Positions 36,139-48,280 of a DNA stretch of 64,000 nt are shown piece after piece (the first letter of the stretch is position 1; each line of letters starts with the position of its first letter). The stretch comes from Macrostomum lignano. Its lineage: Eukaryota. A program made the translations under genes and the position numbers. The notes beneath the pieces were generated by a model. That model made no database searches and was not told where the DNA came from. It worked only from the letters and a program-made list of their open reading frames with translations. The stretch lies in NCBI GenBank assembly GCA_002269645.1, contig NIVC01001983.1, positions 103,959 to 167,958 of the forward strand, read 5' to 3'.

Positions 36139-38225
36139 ATTCAGACAGACATTCAAAATGATTGTCTGTAACTTCAAACAAAATTGACCCGCTTCAACCA
36201 TCTTTTTGGCAAATACTTACGCAAGTGTTGGGCGTCAAATAAGCTTTAATTTATTAACTGAAGTAAAAATCCTTCTGACATACATTGATTTAAAAATTGC
36301 TTAGCAACACTAGCTCTGATTAGAAATCGCTTTACTGTTGACTAAAATTGTTTTGATCGTAGCAGCCTAAAAGCAGATACTGGATTTAAAAATGCTTCGA
36401 TTTACTCTATACGCATGTCTCAGCTTTAAAATGACACCTCAGGCGTCGCAAAAGACAGCTTTGATGCTGAGATATTCGACACTAAACATGCATTGCTTTG
36501 CGCAATCTCACATTCAGAAATTTCACTGATTTTTTGTCGATGTTTGTGCAGTTGCCGTGTCCTTGTTTTTCGTCGGAATCTTGTCAGATTCTAGTCATGT
36601 CTATACGCATGTCTCAGCTTTAAAATGACACCTCAGGCATTGCAAAAGACAGCTTTGATGCTGAGATATTCGACACTAAACATTGCTTTGCTCAAACTCA
36701 CATTCGGAAACTTCACTGATTTTTATTCAATATTTGTTCAGATGCTTGTCTACTTCTCCATTTATTAACCATCGCATGGAGCCTTGCTAACGTACAAGTG
36801 TATGTAGTTACAGTAAATGAGGTTTTTGTGACTCACTTAAACTTGTTTACGCATTCTACAGCTATTCGCCGCCTTTCATTGGAGTGATTCATGGAGTCCA
36901 GTTGATAAATTTCCACAAATTGGACTGCTTCTACGTCAGATCTCAACATTTGGAACCGTCCTTGAACTATTTCAGAGTTAAGTGAGCTAATGGCATCAAA
37001 TGGAAGGCTAGTGCTCGTACTTGTAAGCGAAGCAGGTTCACAATTGAAATGGTTGTATTCATGGCCATGGGATCTAAACTGATCTGTTTTACTTTCACGA
37101 TCGCTTTGGTCTCAGAAGGAGCAGCAGTTGATGGACTGAGGTGAGAAGAAGATGTGTCACGACTTGAGCTGTTTTTAGAAAATATCTTTATCCAATTAAA
37201 TATTTTCATGCGGCTCCTTGGGTTGTTCCGAATTCCGAGTCTAGAAGTCAAGACAGAAAAAAAGTTAAGAACTGCTACTGTAGTCCGTAGGGATTGGAAA
37301 GCTTAGCAGTACATTAGAAATCGCCTGTTCAATCTAAAAAGTTTGAAGTACATATAGCTATTGGGTTGCAACAACAGTAGAAAAAATTCTTCCTTTTTAT
37401 TTTATTCCCACCGCTTACCTCATTCCGATTTGGATAGCAGAATTGCCACGCAAAAAAAGTAAAAACATAACAATAAACTATTTGCTTCATATTAATTGCC
37501 ACTGACTGTTAATAAACGCGACGTCAATTTCTCTCAATAACAGTTGGAACATGTTTCTTGTACACTCGTATATTTATTTGAACCGCAAAGCGGTGAAAAA
37601 GTCATGATTGGTTGCCATATGTACAAATGTACACTCACAGACTCACTGACTCAGGTACAATCTATGCAATATAAAGGCAGGAATCATTAAAAATCAAATA
37701 CTTAAGACAGTTTAAGAGAAGTCCAGGTTTAAACTGGACATGACTAGAGTTTGACAAGTTTCTAATGAAAAACAAGGACACGGCAGCTGCACAAATATCG
37801 ACAAAAAATCAGTGAAATTTCTGAATGTGAGATTGCGCAAAGCAATGCATGTTTAGTGTCGAATATCTCAGCATCAAAGCTGTCTTTTGCGACGCCTGAG
37901 GTGTCATTTTAAAGCTGAGACATGCGTATAGAGTAAATCGAAGCATTTTTAAATCCAGTATCTGCTTTTAGGCTGCTATGATCAAAACAATTTTAGTCAA
38001 TAGTAAAGCGATTTCTAATCAGAGCTAGTGTTGCTAAGCAATTTTTAAATCAATGTATGTCAGAAGGATTTTTACTTCAGTTAATAAATTAAAGCTTATT
38101 TGACGCCCAACACTTGCGTAAGTATTTGCCAAAAAGATGGTTGAAGCGGGTCAATTTTGTTTAAAGTTTTACAGACGATCGTTTCGAATGTCTGTCTGAA
38201 TATCTCTCGTGAAACCCTCACATTC
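36139..38225. repeat. ~430-470-bp near-perfect inverted repeat arms inside the hAT element
   Basis: 36139-36571 (plus 35740-35771 left of the MITE) is the reverse complement of ~37767-38225. A ~140-bp partial tandem duplicate lies at ~36600-36730. Confidence 0.9.
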
Positions 38226-38679
38226 TAAACAAGACTCAAGAGAAATTGCACTCTGAGCCTTAAAATCGCACCTTGAAATTTGGCACAAGGTGCGATTTCG
38301 CACCTTATCTCTGGCGAAAAAAAACCCAGTTAGGACATTAGGTTCGTTCGGCCTATTTATATTTATTTGTTTCCTGCCCTTGTAATTTTACTTAACTATA
38401 TCTCATTTTAAAGTGCCAAAAATCCAAGATATAAAAAAGTAAAATAAGGAGCCCCTAGGTTGAATTCCAATATTCTAAATATGGTATAGATTAACTGAAC
38501 AAACATATAAACACATTGCATTCAAAATGAATCAAATTCGTGCCAAAAATTCAACTCATTTTAGCGTCACTGTCACCTGTCCTATATTAAGAGATTTTAG
38601 AAAAAATGACTAGCAATCTTTGCCCCCCGATGGGGGACATCTGGATAGAAACTCCGCTCTGTACAAGTAACAAAGACCC

Positions 38680-38940
38680 TAGATAGCAAGCATCCCCCAG
38701 ATAGCCAGCATCCTTAGATACAAAGAATCCTTTATAGATAGCTAGGCCTAGCAATCCCCTCTCAGATAGCAAGTACCCTCCACCTCTCAAGAGCAACCAC
38801 AAACATCATTCCAATAGCAAGCATCTCAAGTTACCCTTGTGAGTTACCCCAGATAGATAGCAAGCATCCCTCAGAAAGCAAGCATCCCCTTGATAGCAAT
38901 TATCTATCCTTAAATAGCAAACATCCACTAGAAAACAAGT
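38680..38940. repeat. Degenerate tandem repeat with core atagcaagcatcccc
   Basis: The motif recurs about 8 times. Confidence 0.7.
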
Positions 38941-38984
38941 AGCTACTAGGCCTAGTGTGACAATTACTTTAGCTTTATAGTGGC

Positions 38985-40050
38985 TTGTTTATGTTTGACA
39001 TGACGCTTCTTTTTACATTTGAAATGATGTCTCCTTTATGTTTGACATGGTGGCTCATTATTGTTTCACATAGTGGCTCTTCTATGTTTGACTTGGTGGC
39101 TCTTCAAGTTTTGACATGGTGACTTTTTAATGTTTGACATGGTGGCTCTTTAAAGTTTGACATAATGGCTCTTTTATGTTTGACACAGTGCCTCTTTTCT
39201 GTTTTACACAGTGCTTCTTTTATGTTTGACATGGTGGCTTTTTAATGTTTGACCTAGTGGCTTTTTAAGGTTTGACATGGTGGCTCTTTAATTTTTGACA
39301 TGGCGGCTCTTTTATGTCTGACTTGGTAGCTCTTTTAGGTTTGAATGGTGTCTCTTTTATGTTTGACTTGGTGGCTCCCTTTTGTATGACATGGTGTCTC
39401 TTTTATGTGTTTAACATTTGACAGAGTCACCTATATGTTTGACATGGTGGCTCTTTAATGTTTGACATGGTGGCTATTTAATGTTTTACATGGTGGCTCT
39501 TTATTATTTGACATGGTGGCTGTTTAATGTTTTACATAGTGGCTCTAATGTTTTACATGATGGCACTTTAATGTTTGACATGGAGTCATATATATATGTT
39601 TGACATGGTAGCTCTTTAATGTTCAACATGGAATCACGTATATGTTTGACTTGGCGGCTCTTTTATGTCTGACTTGGTAGCTCTTTATGTTTAAAATGGT
39701 GTCTTTTTTATGTTTGACATGGGTCTCTTTTATGTGTTTAACGTTTGACATGGAGTCACATATATGTTTGACATGGTGGCTCTTTTATGTTTCACATGGT
39801 GGCTCTTCAATGTTTGACATAGTGGCTCTTTAATGTTTGACATGGAGTCACATATATTTTTGACATAGAGTCATGTATATGTTTGACATGGAGTCACATA
39901 TATGTTTGACATGGTGGTTCTTTAGTGGCTCTTTGACATGGTGGCTCTTTTATGCTTGACATGGCAGCTCTTTAATGTTTGACATGGTGGCTCTTTAATG
40001 TTCGACATGGTGGCTCTTTAAAGTTTGACATGGTGGCTCTTTAATGTTAG
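38985..40050. repeat. Degenerate 22-23-bp minisatellite (atgtttgacatggtggctctttt), ~45 copies
   Basis: tttgacatggtggctc recurs throughout. Confidence 0.92.
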
Positions 40051-41056
40051 CATTTTGTATTTTTTATGGTGTTTTAATAAAAAAATTATTCTGCACTACT
40101 AAGATTCCAACCCAGGTTGCTACATTAGCAGTCCAGTCTGTTCGCATCTAGGCTATCTTTTATCAATTGGAAAACATGAACTAGGTTGCCCTTATAATTC
40201 AATTCTTATAGGAAGTGGTTAAAGTAAAAAGTTATAACATAATCAATTTCTCAGTCAGCCAGTATCAGTCTCAATTTAAGTTAGCAATTTGGTTACGCAA
40301 TTTTAATCAAGTCTTGTGTGCTTTTCTTTGGCACTGTTTTCAACTTGTTGTGATGCAATCTTTATCACAATCAGAATTCAGTCAGTCAGGTTTTTCTCTA
40401 GTATTCTTACAATGCATTTCAAGTTGAAAGAGCTGCTTGACCTTTGCAAAAAGCATTTTTTTCGAATATTTAATTCCTTTAACATTGAGCAATTTCTTAG
40501 CCAAGATGCATGTACCATCCTAGTTCCCAGGAAAATTTCTGATCGAATGGTGCAAGTTTGAAGAAAATCGGTTGAGCCCTTTTTTATGAAATCAATCACA
40601 TAGCTATGTACAAGCAACTCATTTTTAGTATATAGGAAGGAAAAGGATGCACCCTGAAAATGTCTATGTTTTTATAAATTAAAGAATAAAGGTTTTGGTG
40701 ATTTTTAGAAAATTTGCATGAGGTTTACATTATTTTTTAAATATATAAATCATCAAATTGTATAATTTGTATTGTATCAACAGAACTACTAGGCCTATTC
40801 TTAGTTTTTAGTTTTGTCTTATTTGAATTAAATATTTCATAGTCTTAATCAAATTTCATGTTATATTGTCAAAAATATTGAATTTCAAAAACAAAAATTC
40901 AATTTTGTCCAATCCCTACCTTACTGCTAATGCTAGGCCTCTAGCCTAGGCAATTTAAACCTACTACAATTAGTTGTCACAAAATCCCATAATAGGCATA
41001 TTCTGTCAATCCTGAGATTGATTTTTCTAATATCATCTTAGTTATAATATTGTTAT

Positions 41057-41844
41057 GGCTCATTCCATATAAGCACGGTCATAACATGACAGACTATTTT
41101 TACTTATAAAATGAAATATAATAATAGAATATACTAAACCAATATTTAAATGAAAGATAATTTTGTCAAGAATATTTTTATAGAGTTTCATGTAGATATC
41201 ATCATTAGTATAGATGCTATTAAACCTTGAATGGCACTTATGGTCGTAACAACAGGATTTTTGACATATAGAAACTAAAAGGTAAAAGTATTATAACATT
41301 TTTTTATTTTTGATATTTTGCAATACATTTTTTAAAATTTGACTAACAACATCTTCAGTAATCATACTCTTTTTGTAGAATATATAAACTCAAAAGGCAA
41401 CAAAGATACAAAAGAAAAGGCAGCCTTATGGTCATAACATTATGGTCGTAACATATTTTTTCTGTCAATTCAGTAACTTTGAGGTACCAATATATTAAGA
41501 AATATAATAGATTATTTGGTCACCAATACTTTTATCTGATGATGCAAGTACTATACTTTTATCTATAGTTTGTTTCAACCTTCCAAAGCTTTCTATTTAT
41601 TTTTAAAAGGTACACAAACTTAATGATGTCTTTTGCTTAGAAAAATGTCCAAATTTTTACAAAAATGACTTTTTGCCACTTGATAACATACTAATCCAAC
41701 ATTTTATCATTTATTTATTCTTAGATTGTAGATATTACACATAAAAAACATTTGGTAAAAAAAATTGGCTGATAAAGCAATGGCAAGCAAAAATATTGAC
41801 TTTTTTCTATTTTCCAAAAATGTTCATCTTATATGGAATGAGCC
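41057..41844. mobile_element. MITE (788 bp) with perfect 17-bp TIRs; superfamily unassigned
   Basis: ggctcattccatataag / cttatatggaatgagcc, flanked by ttat on both sides (41053-41056, 41845-41848). Confidence 0.75.
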
Positions 41845-42990
41845 TTATAATGTTATAACATTATGCTTTTAATGACATTTTTATAATGCATACAGTTATG
41901 GTAGGAGCTAAAGGGATAAAGCTAGTCTAATAATATAAAATACAACATATACTACTCATAATAAATTATATAATATATGCATATATATAGGCCTATATTA
42001 TATATATCATTATCATGTTTGATTACTATGCAAAGCAATATGAAGTATTTATATTATATTCACAGTTAAAATCTATTACTGCCTAGACAATGGGCATTGA
42101 TGTTGTTAACTTATTAGATTGTCATGGCATGCATAATAAGTTTAAAATTAAAAATCACCATTAAACTATTTAAATAAGACTCAGTATTAAATATTTTACA
42201 AAGTAGGCAACAAACAGTGGATATAGATGCATATATATTCTCTATATCTTAACTAATTTCTATAAAACTTAATGTAAATTTCATTATATTGCAATTTTCC
42301 TGCCAATAATTTCTTTTAATTTTTTTTTTTATTGTGGTAGACAAGGCATATGCCCTATAGTATAATTATTTTATTTTCATTTGCATTTATATTAATCCTT
42401 TTATACTAATAACTAATATATTAGCTACCTTTTGCTAGTTCATTAAATTTTGTCTTAGCCCTTTGGCCTTAGTCAAAGTAAAAAAATCCAATGTATAAAA
42501 AGGGCAAACAAGTATATTTTGTTTTCAATTTATAGCATTATAACATTTAAACTTTATAGTCTTTTTGTACTTTGTAAAGTCTATACTATTTGATTATACT
42601 AGTTATAATCTATAGTATAATTCTAAGGGATAGGATCTAAGTGATTTTTAAGTAGAAAATCTTTTGGTAGAATAAAATATCTTTTTCAAAAAACCTTTTA
42701 TTTGAGTATTATATAGTCAATACATTTTTAACTCTCAAGAAATGCTACTTCTTCAAAATTCTTAAATAACATAATAACAGCTAGCATATTGTCACATTCT
42801 TTCTCTTATTATTTCTCGTTGTGTAATTTTGTGATTATCAAACGCCAACTTTTCAACATCTACCATAGACTATGGTGGAACTGCGAGTTTATTTTTCATA
42901 TCAACAAAAAATCAGCTTCAATGGTTAAGCAATGAACAGTTTACAGTTTTTAGTTGTTTATAGTTGCAATTCTCAATGACGCAGATGTCT

Positions 42991-44409
42991 CTAACCATTC
43001 AAGTTGAAAGTGCAGCCAGAGAAATGACAATCCGTGAAGATAGTTGAGACGTTCTGCCTACTAAGTGTAATGTTCTGGTTACTCACATCCATCGTGCTTG
43101 ACGATCCAGCGTTAGATGGCTGATCAGTCCTAACCAATTCTGTGTTTGTACGAGAATCACTTGATTGCAAAGCTTCCCCCACAGTCGTAGCCATGTCTCA
43201 CAGCGTGTGGTCACATTTCCTCGATAGATACCGCCGAACTGTCGACTCAGATTGATGTCCCGTGATATTCATGATGTCGGACAGAGTATAGCCAGCTTTG
43301 TGTAGATCAGCCGTCCTAGTTACTCGAATGCAATGGTTCGTATACTTTTTGCTGAGCTCACACAGGGTGCTTAATCGAGTCATGAATGATCCTAACCAAT
43401 TGATCCCACGAACCTGCTTAGTTGAAAACTGCAGCTGTCCTTCTTTATTTGCCATTGGTCTTGGAAAAAACGAATTGTCCTTGGTTTCGTTGGGCAGGAC
43501 TTGAAGGTAGGTCTTAATGAGTTCATACTGACTGCCATAGATTCTCGCTTGCTTTGGGTTGAAACCTTTGGCCTTGACTGGATTGGCACTCTGGTTCTTG
43601 GTTCTGAGGTTAGGTAGCTCTTAATACTTCTTGCCGTCGCCATCTTCTTTTTCTACGAGTATGTCTTTCTGACGAAGGTGTTGGAGGTGCTCTTTACTGC
43701 GCTCTCCCAAGACATACAATAAAGTGTAAATCACTTCATCCTGTAGTCGTTCTCCAGTCGAGCGATCAAAGTAACTGGACAACTTGGTTAGATCGGCGCA
43801 CTCTATCGGTTCGTAACGCTTCACGCTCCCGCCTTTAGAATGAAAATCCCGCACCTTAACTCGAAGCATGCGATTGGCAGTAGCAAAGTTAGGATCATCG
43901 ATGATGTTGAGTTCACGCTTGATAATGAAGTGAAAAAATCGCTGGATGCCGGCCCGAATGCAGACCAAGCTAGATGGCAAGTACGACTCTCCATTCGGTT
44001 TAGAAAGCCGAAAGTAGTAGAACCGCAGGTGCTCGTTGAGGCTACTGGGCTCCATTGTTTTGAGACTTTCAACAGGATGACCCAAGTCACTCATGTAGCT
44101 GGCAAACGCTTTGCCATAAAGGAACATTTGCTCCTTGGTCGATCTTGGTAGAGAATCCACCTCGGCCTTGTCCATGACATCAGTAGCAACAGAAGCTCCA
44201 TCCTCTTCACATTCCGGCAGATCGACACCAAGCAGTTCATCGTCAGATCGTGAATGATCAGTAATGAAGTTAATAAAGTCCTCCAGCTGATTGTCATCTC
44301 AGTGATTGTCACTGCTCAGCTCCGCAATGAATGAGTATTCGTTGGATGAAACGCCATCGAGACTATCAACTGGCAGATGAGACCAATTGATAAGATGCGT
44401 AGCGGTCAT
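42991..44409 (-). pseudogene. Crypton-type tyrosine recombinase (DUF3504-like), one frame with three nonsense codons
   Basis: ATG 44409 and track ORFs 44175-43621, 43455-43198 and 43194-42991 are all in one frame (473 codons), with stops at ~44300, 43621 and 43198. YR catalytic set: GERSKE (R), TKN (K), TNHCIR (HxxR), ITGHQS (H), VRRY (Y). N-terminal PNGESYLPSSLVCIRAGIQRF is Crypton/ZMYM-like. Confidence 0.85.
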
Positions 44410-44602
44410 GTTTAAGGCAGGCAAGCGAAGACGGCTTAAAATGAAAAACTGAGAAGTCTTCGCTGTAACTTCGAACATTTAAGACCAAAGTTTCTGACGA
44501 ATTACCATAGACGGTATCTAAATTTAGTCATGCATTATCAACCATTTGATAATGAAAGATTATTAAATGCCTATTTTGTGTAGAAATCATGAGACAATAA
44601 TA

Positions 44603-44711
44603 TTGTGTCTATGGTTTTAGGCTTTGATAATGCTCAAAGTCACGAGTGGCGAATCACGCGAAGCCACGAGTGTCATTTGAGCATTATCAAAGCCTAAAAC
44701 CATAGACACAA
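44603..44711. repeat. Perfect 36-bp inverted repeat with a 37-nt loop upstream of the Crypton ORF
   Basis: Arms 44603-44638 and 44676-44711; the loop holds two direct cacgagtg copies. Confidence 0.95.
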
Positions 44712-46190
44712 CTAACCATTATCAGTTTTAAAGAATGACCATCCTTGCCATTTTAAATATTTTTTTAACTTCTTAGTATTTATTTAAAAGTTTTAGCAAT
44801 ATTGGAAAATTAGGCAGATTTTATTGACCTTAAATTGAATTAGTCTAAAATTTCTAGAATATTCTTTGACATGATCAATATTGTACAATTAGAATTACAT
44901 TAATTTTAACTAAGACCCAAGTAGCGATAGGCCTATTTTTTGCTTATTTTAAAATAGCATAAATTAAAAGTGCACAATTTACTTTTAGGCCATACTTTAG
45001 ATTTAATAAGATAATTTTAGTAATTTTTAATGGAAACAATTGATATGAAAGTATAGTTCTATTAAGTAATAATTTAACTACTTGAATTTCCTTAAATTGT
45101 ATACTTGTATTCTCATTATGTCTATTTAGAAAAAATAGATACAAATGAAAAGCAAATGAAATATTAGAATATTATATTAATATAAAAACTAGAAATGTCT
45201 CAATAAAACTAAAAGCACAATAAAATGAAATTTAAATTTAATAAAAAATAATTTACATTTTTTAATCTTATACTCCTAAGCTTATAGTTTTATTCATAAT
45301 TAGAAGGCAAAAATTCCTGTATATATTATATGAACAATGAGAAATATATAAATTTCATTTTTACAAAAATAAACAATATTCTTTTATACTTTTTACCTAA
45401 AATAATTATCAAAATATCAATTAAAAAAGCAAGTTATATGAAATGAAAATTCCTTGAAAGATTAATAATTGTTTACTAGACTACAAAAAGTTGGTAGCTG
45501 ATGTATTAGTAGCATAATACATTTAAATTCTTATGACTAAATATTTTTAAGCCTTGAGTAAATTATTAAAAAACTACAATATACATTTGGACTAGTATCC
45601 AACTTATATAGAATGACCTTTCTGTGGTGATACAATCTCAAACAAAGTTAAGGACACCATTGGTCCAAAGCATATTTGACTATGGCTATAAAAAAGCTAC
45701 AACAACTATTGATAAGCTTATAGAAAAACTATTGCTCTTATTGGTATGGTTATAAAGTCTGAAACTTTCCCATCAATTTCGACAGAGATAATTTTGAATT
45801 TTGAATTATTAAAAGTACATAAAAATAAAAAATTTACTTAAAAAATTAAGCATTAATTAAGAACAATGCAAAAGTATTTTATAGCACAAATAACACTTCT
45901 CTTCACTTTAGTTGTGATTATGATTGTGTAATAGTAAAATGGGTACATTGAGTGTGAAGTAGCTTAGCAGTTAATGAGTCTGACCAACCCCAAGACACTG
46001 AGTGTACATGCCCGATGATAGGAAAGTCAAGGCCACAGTGTACACCCTGTGTGAGCATATGTATGAGTGCATTCCTGCATACAAACAGCATCTTGTATGT
46101 GCCTACAGAAAGAGCTGCTCTGATTGCATGGCAAAATACAAATGAATAATCATTGCTCAACCCGCAGCAAACTCAGCTCCAGTCGGTACA

Positions 46191-46739
46191 ATGTCCCTGC
46201 TAGGTCGCCTGTCCCTATTAGGCCAGTCCCGCTCAGTGTTGGCCGCAGCCGCCAGTCGGGCTCTGCTGCACTCGAGCCCGGCTTGCCTGGCTGGCAAACG
46301 GTCGTGGAATCTCACCCGTCTCAATCACGTGGCCATAGTTGTGCCAGATTTGAAAGCATCCAGCGACCTATTTAGTAAAGTGTTTGGCGCCAAGGTCAGC
46401 CAGCCGGAGGACCTGCCAGAGCACGGCGTCACTACGGTGTTTGTTGAGCTGGACAATTGCAAACTGGAGCTGCTGCATCCGCTTGGCTCGGACAGCCCGG
46501 TGGCAAATTTCCTAGCCAAGAACAAGGCTGGCGGTATCCATCATATCTGCGTTGAGACTGACAATATCTCCGGGGCGATTGCTGACCTGCCTAAGCACAA
46601 GGTGCGCGCTCTTGGCGGCGAAGCCAAAACGGGCGCCCACGGCTATCCGGTGGTGTTTCTGCATCCCAAGGATGTTAACGGCGTGCTCACCGAGCTTGAG
46701 CAGCCGGACGAGGAATGGAAAAAGCGACACGCTAAGTAG
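46191..46739 (+). CDS. MCEE: Methylmalonyl-CoA epimerase, mitochondrial (intronless)
   Basis: Arg/Ser-rich targeting peptide, then WNLTRLNHVAIVVPDL, EHGVTTVFV, KLELLHPLG, GGIHHICVE and GAHGYPVVFLHPKDVNGVLTELEQ. Confidence 0.97.
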   Translation: MSLLGRLSLLGQSRSVLAAAASRALLHSSPACLAGKRSWNLTRLNHVAIVVPDLKASSDLFSKVFGAKVSQPEDLPEHGVTTVFVELDNCKLELLHPLGSDSPVANFLAKNKAGGIHHICVETDNISGAIADLPKHKVRALGGEAKTGAHGYPVVFLHPKDVNGVLTELEQPDEEWKKRHAK

Positions 46740-46795
46740 TGCATTATAACTGATTGAAGATACTGACAAGTTCGTAGAAACCCGTTACTCTATTA

Positions 46796-46889
46796 CAGGG
46801 ATCGGCAAAATATCCAGCTCACGACTGCGGGCCAAATTAGAGATGGAGGGCAGAGGGAAGTTTCAAAAGACCCGCTTGGTTGACCCCTT
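46796..46889. mobile_element. Possible old short hAT-like MITE
   Basis: caggggatcggcaa...ttggttgacccctt, with an imperfect 8-bp flank ctctatta / ctctacaa. Confidence 0.4.
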
Positions 46890-47379
46890 CTCTACAAGTA
46901 TAAATATAGATAAATAGATTAGTGTTTGTTAATTGGCCCTCTCTTACCATTTTTAAATTTTACTTTCTATAGATACTACTATTGATACAATCTCATTTTA
47001 GTTTAATCCGCTTTTTGTACTTCTTTAGTTCTTGCTCACTCTCTTAGGGTACAGTAATTAGAGACCTTCTCATTGTCTGAACTGTGTGTGTGTTGTGTGT
47101 GTTTTCCCTATCCTGTGTACACGCTAATATGTACATTCGAATCCATAGAAATTTTAATGTAGTTTTGCTTGTTATAATAAAACACATTAGATAAAACTTG
47201 TCGTGCAGTCGAAGTTACTTTTTTCATCCATGTTATTACTTTATTTTTGTGATTCAGTTCTGCAGTTCTCAAGGGGTCAGGCAGTATCGGAAAGTGGCTT
47301 ACGTTAGAGGGAGTTGAAGTGCCAGGGTATGTAATCTGATTCCAGTGTCTTTAAAAGTATCTGGTGGAATGTGTATCTA

Positions 47380-48195
47380 AAGGAGTGCCATTGTATCTGA
47401 GGGAGTGCCATTGTATCTGAGAGAGTGCTATTGTATCTGAGAGAGTGCCATTGTATCTGAGGGAGTGCCATTGTATCTGAGAGAGTGCCATTGTATCTGA
47501 GAGAGTGCCATTGTATCTGAGAGAGTGCCATTGTATCTGAGGGAGTGCCATTGTATCTGAGAGAGTGCCATTGTATCTGAGAGAGTGCCATTGTATCTGA
47601 GAGAGTGCCATTGTATCTGAAAGAGTGCCATTGTATCTGAGGGAGTGCCATTGTATCTGAGGGAGTGCCATTGTATCTGAGAGAGTGCCATTGTATCTGA
47701 GGGAGTGCCATTGTATCTGAGGGAGTGCCATTGTATCTGAGGGAGTGCCATTGTATCTGAGAGAGTGCCATTGTATCTGAAAGAGTGCCATTGTATCTGA
47801 GGGAGTGCCATTGTATCTGAGGGAGTGCCATTGTATCTGAGAGAGTGCCATTGTATCTGAAAGAGTGCCATTGTATCTGAGGGAGTGCCATTGTATCTGA
47901 GGGAGTGCCATTGTATCTGAGAGAGTGCCATTGTATCTGAGAGAGTGCCATTGTATCTGAGAGAGTGCCATTGTATCTGAGGGAGTGCCATTGTATCTGA
48001 GAGAGTGCCATTGTATCTGAGAGAGTGCCATTGTATCTGAGGGAGTGCCATTGTATCTGAGGGAGTGCCATTGTATCTGAGGGAGTGCCATTGTATCTGA
48101 GAGAGTGCCATTGTATCTGAGAGAGTGCCATTGTATCTGAGAGAGTGTCATTGTATCTGAGAGTGCCATTGTATCCGAAGGAGTGCCGTTGTATC
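47380..48195. repeat. 20-bp minisatellite (ga[g/a]agtgccattgtatctga-type), ~40 copies
   Basis: Exact 20-nt periodicity. Confidence 0.99.
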
Positions 48196-48280
48196 TTGGT
48201 TTTGGAGTCATAATTAAATCACCTGATTGGTGTTAAAATTGCATGCCCAGTAAAACAAAGTTCATTGTCAATCAGAAACA

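Larger units (their letters stand above)
35468..38329. mobile_element. Non-autonomous hAT element (2862 bp) with nested insertions
   Basis: Ends cagggttttttttg / cgaaaaaaaacccag; subterminal aaatcgcacc(c/t)tgaaatt at both ends; perfect 8-bp TSD ttaggaca (35460-35467, 38330-38337). No transposase ORF. Confidence 0.85.

Noticed and set aside
46191-46739. Horizontal transfer or retrocopy origin of intronless MCEE
   Set aside because: It has a mitochondrial presequence and animal-like WNLxRLNHVAI; no poly(A) tail or TSD is visible.
47304-48211. 227-286-aa repetitive ORFs (also 52969-53691 and 58516-59428)
   Set aside because: Pure minisatellites open in several frames at once, with no sign of codon-level constraint.
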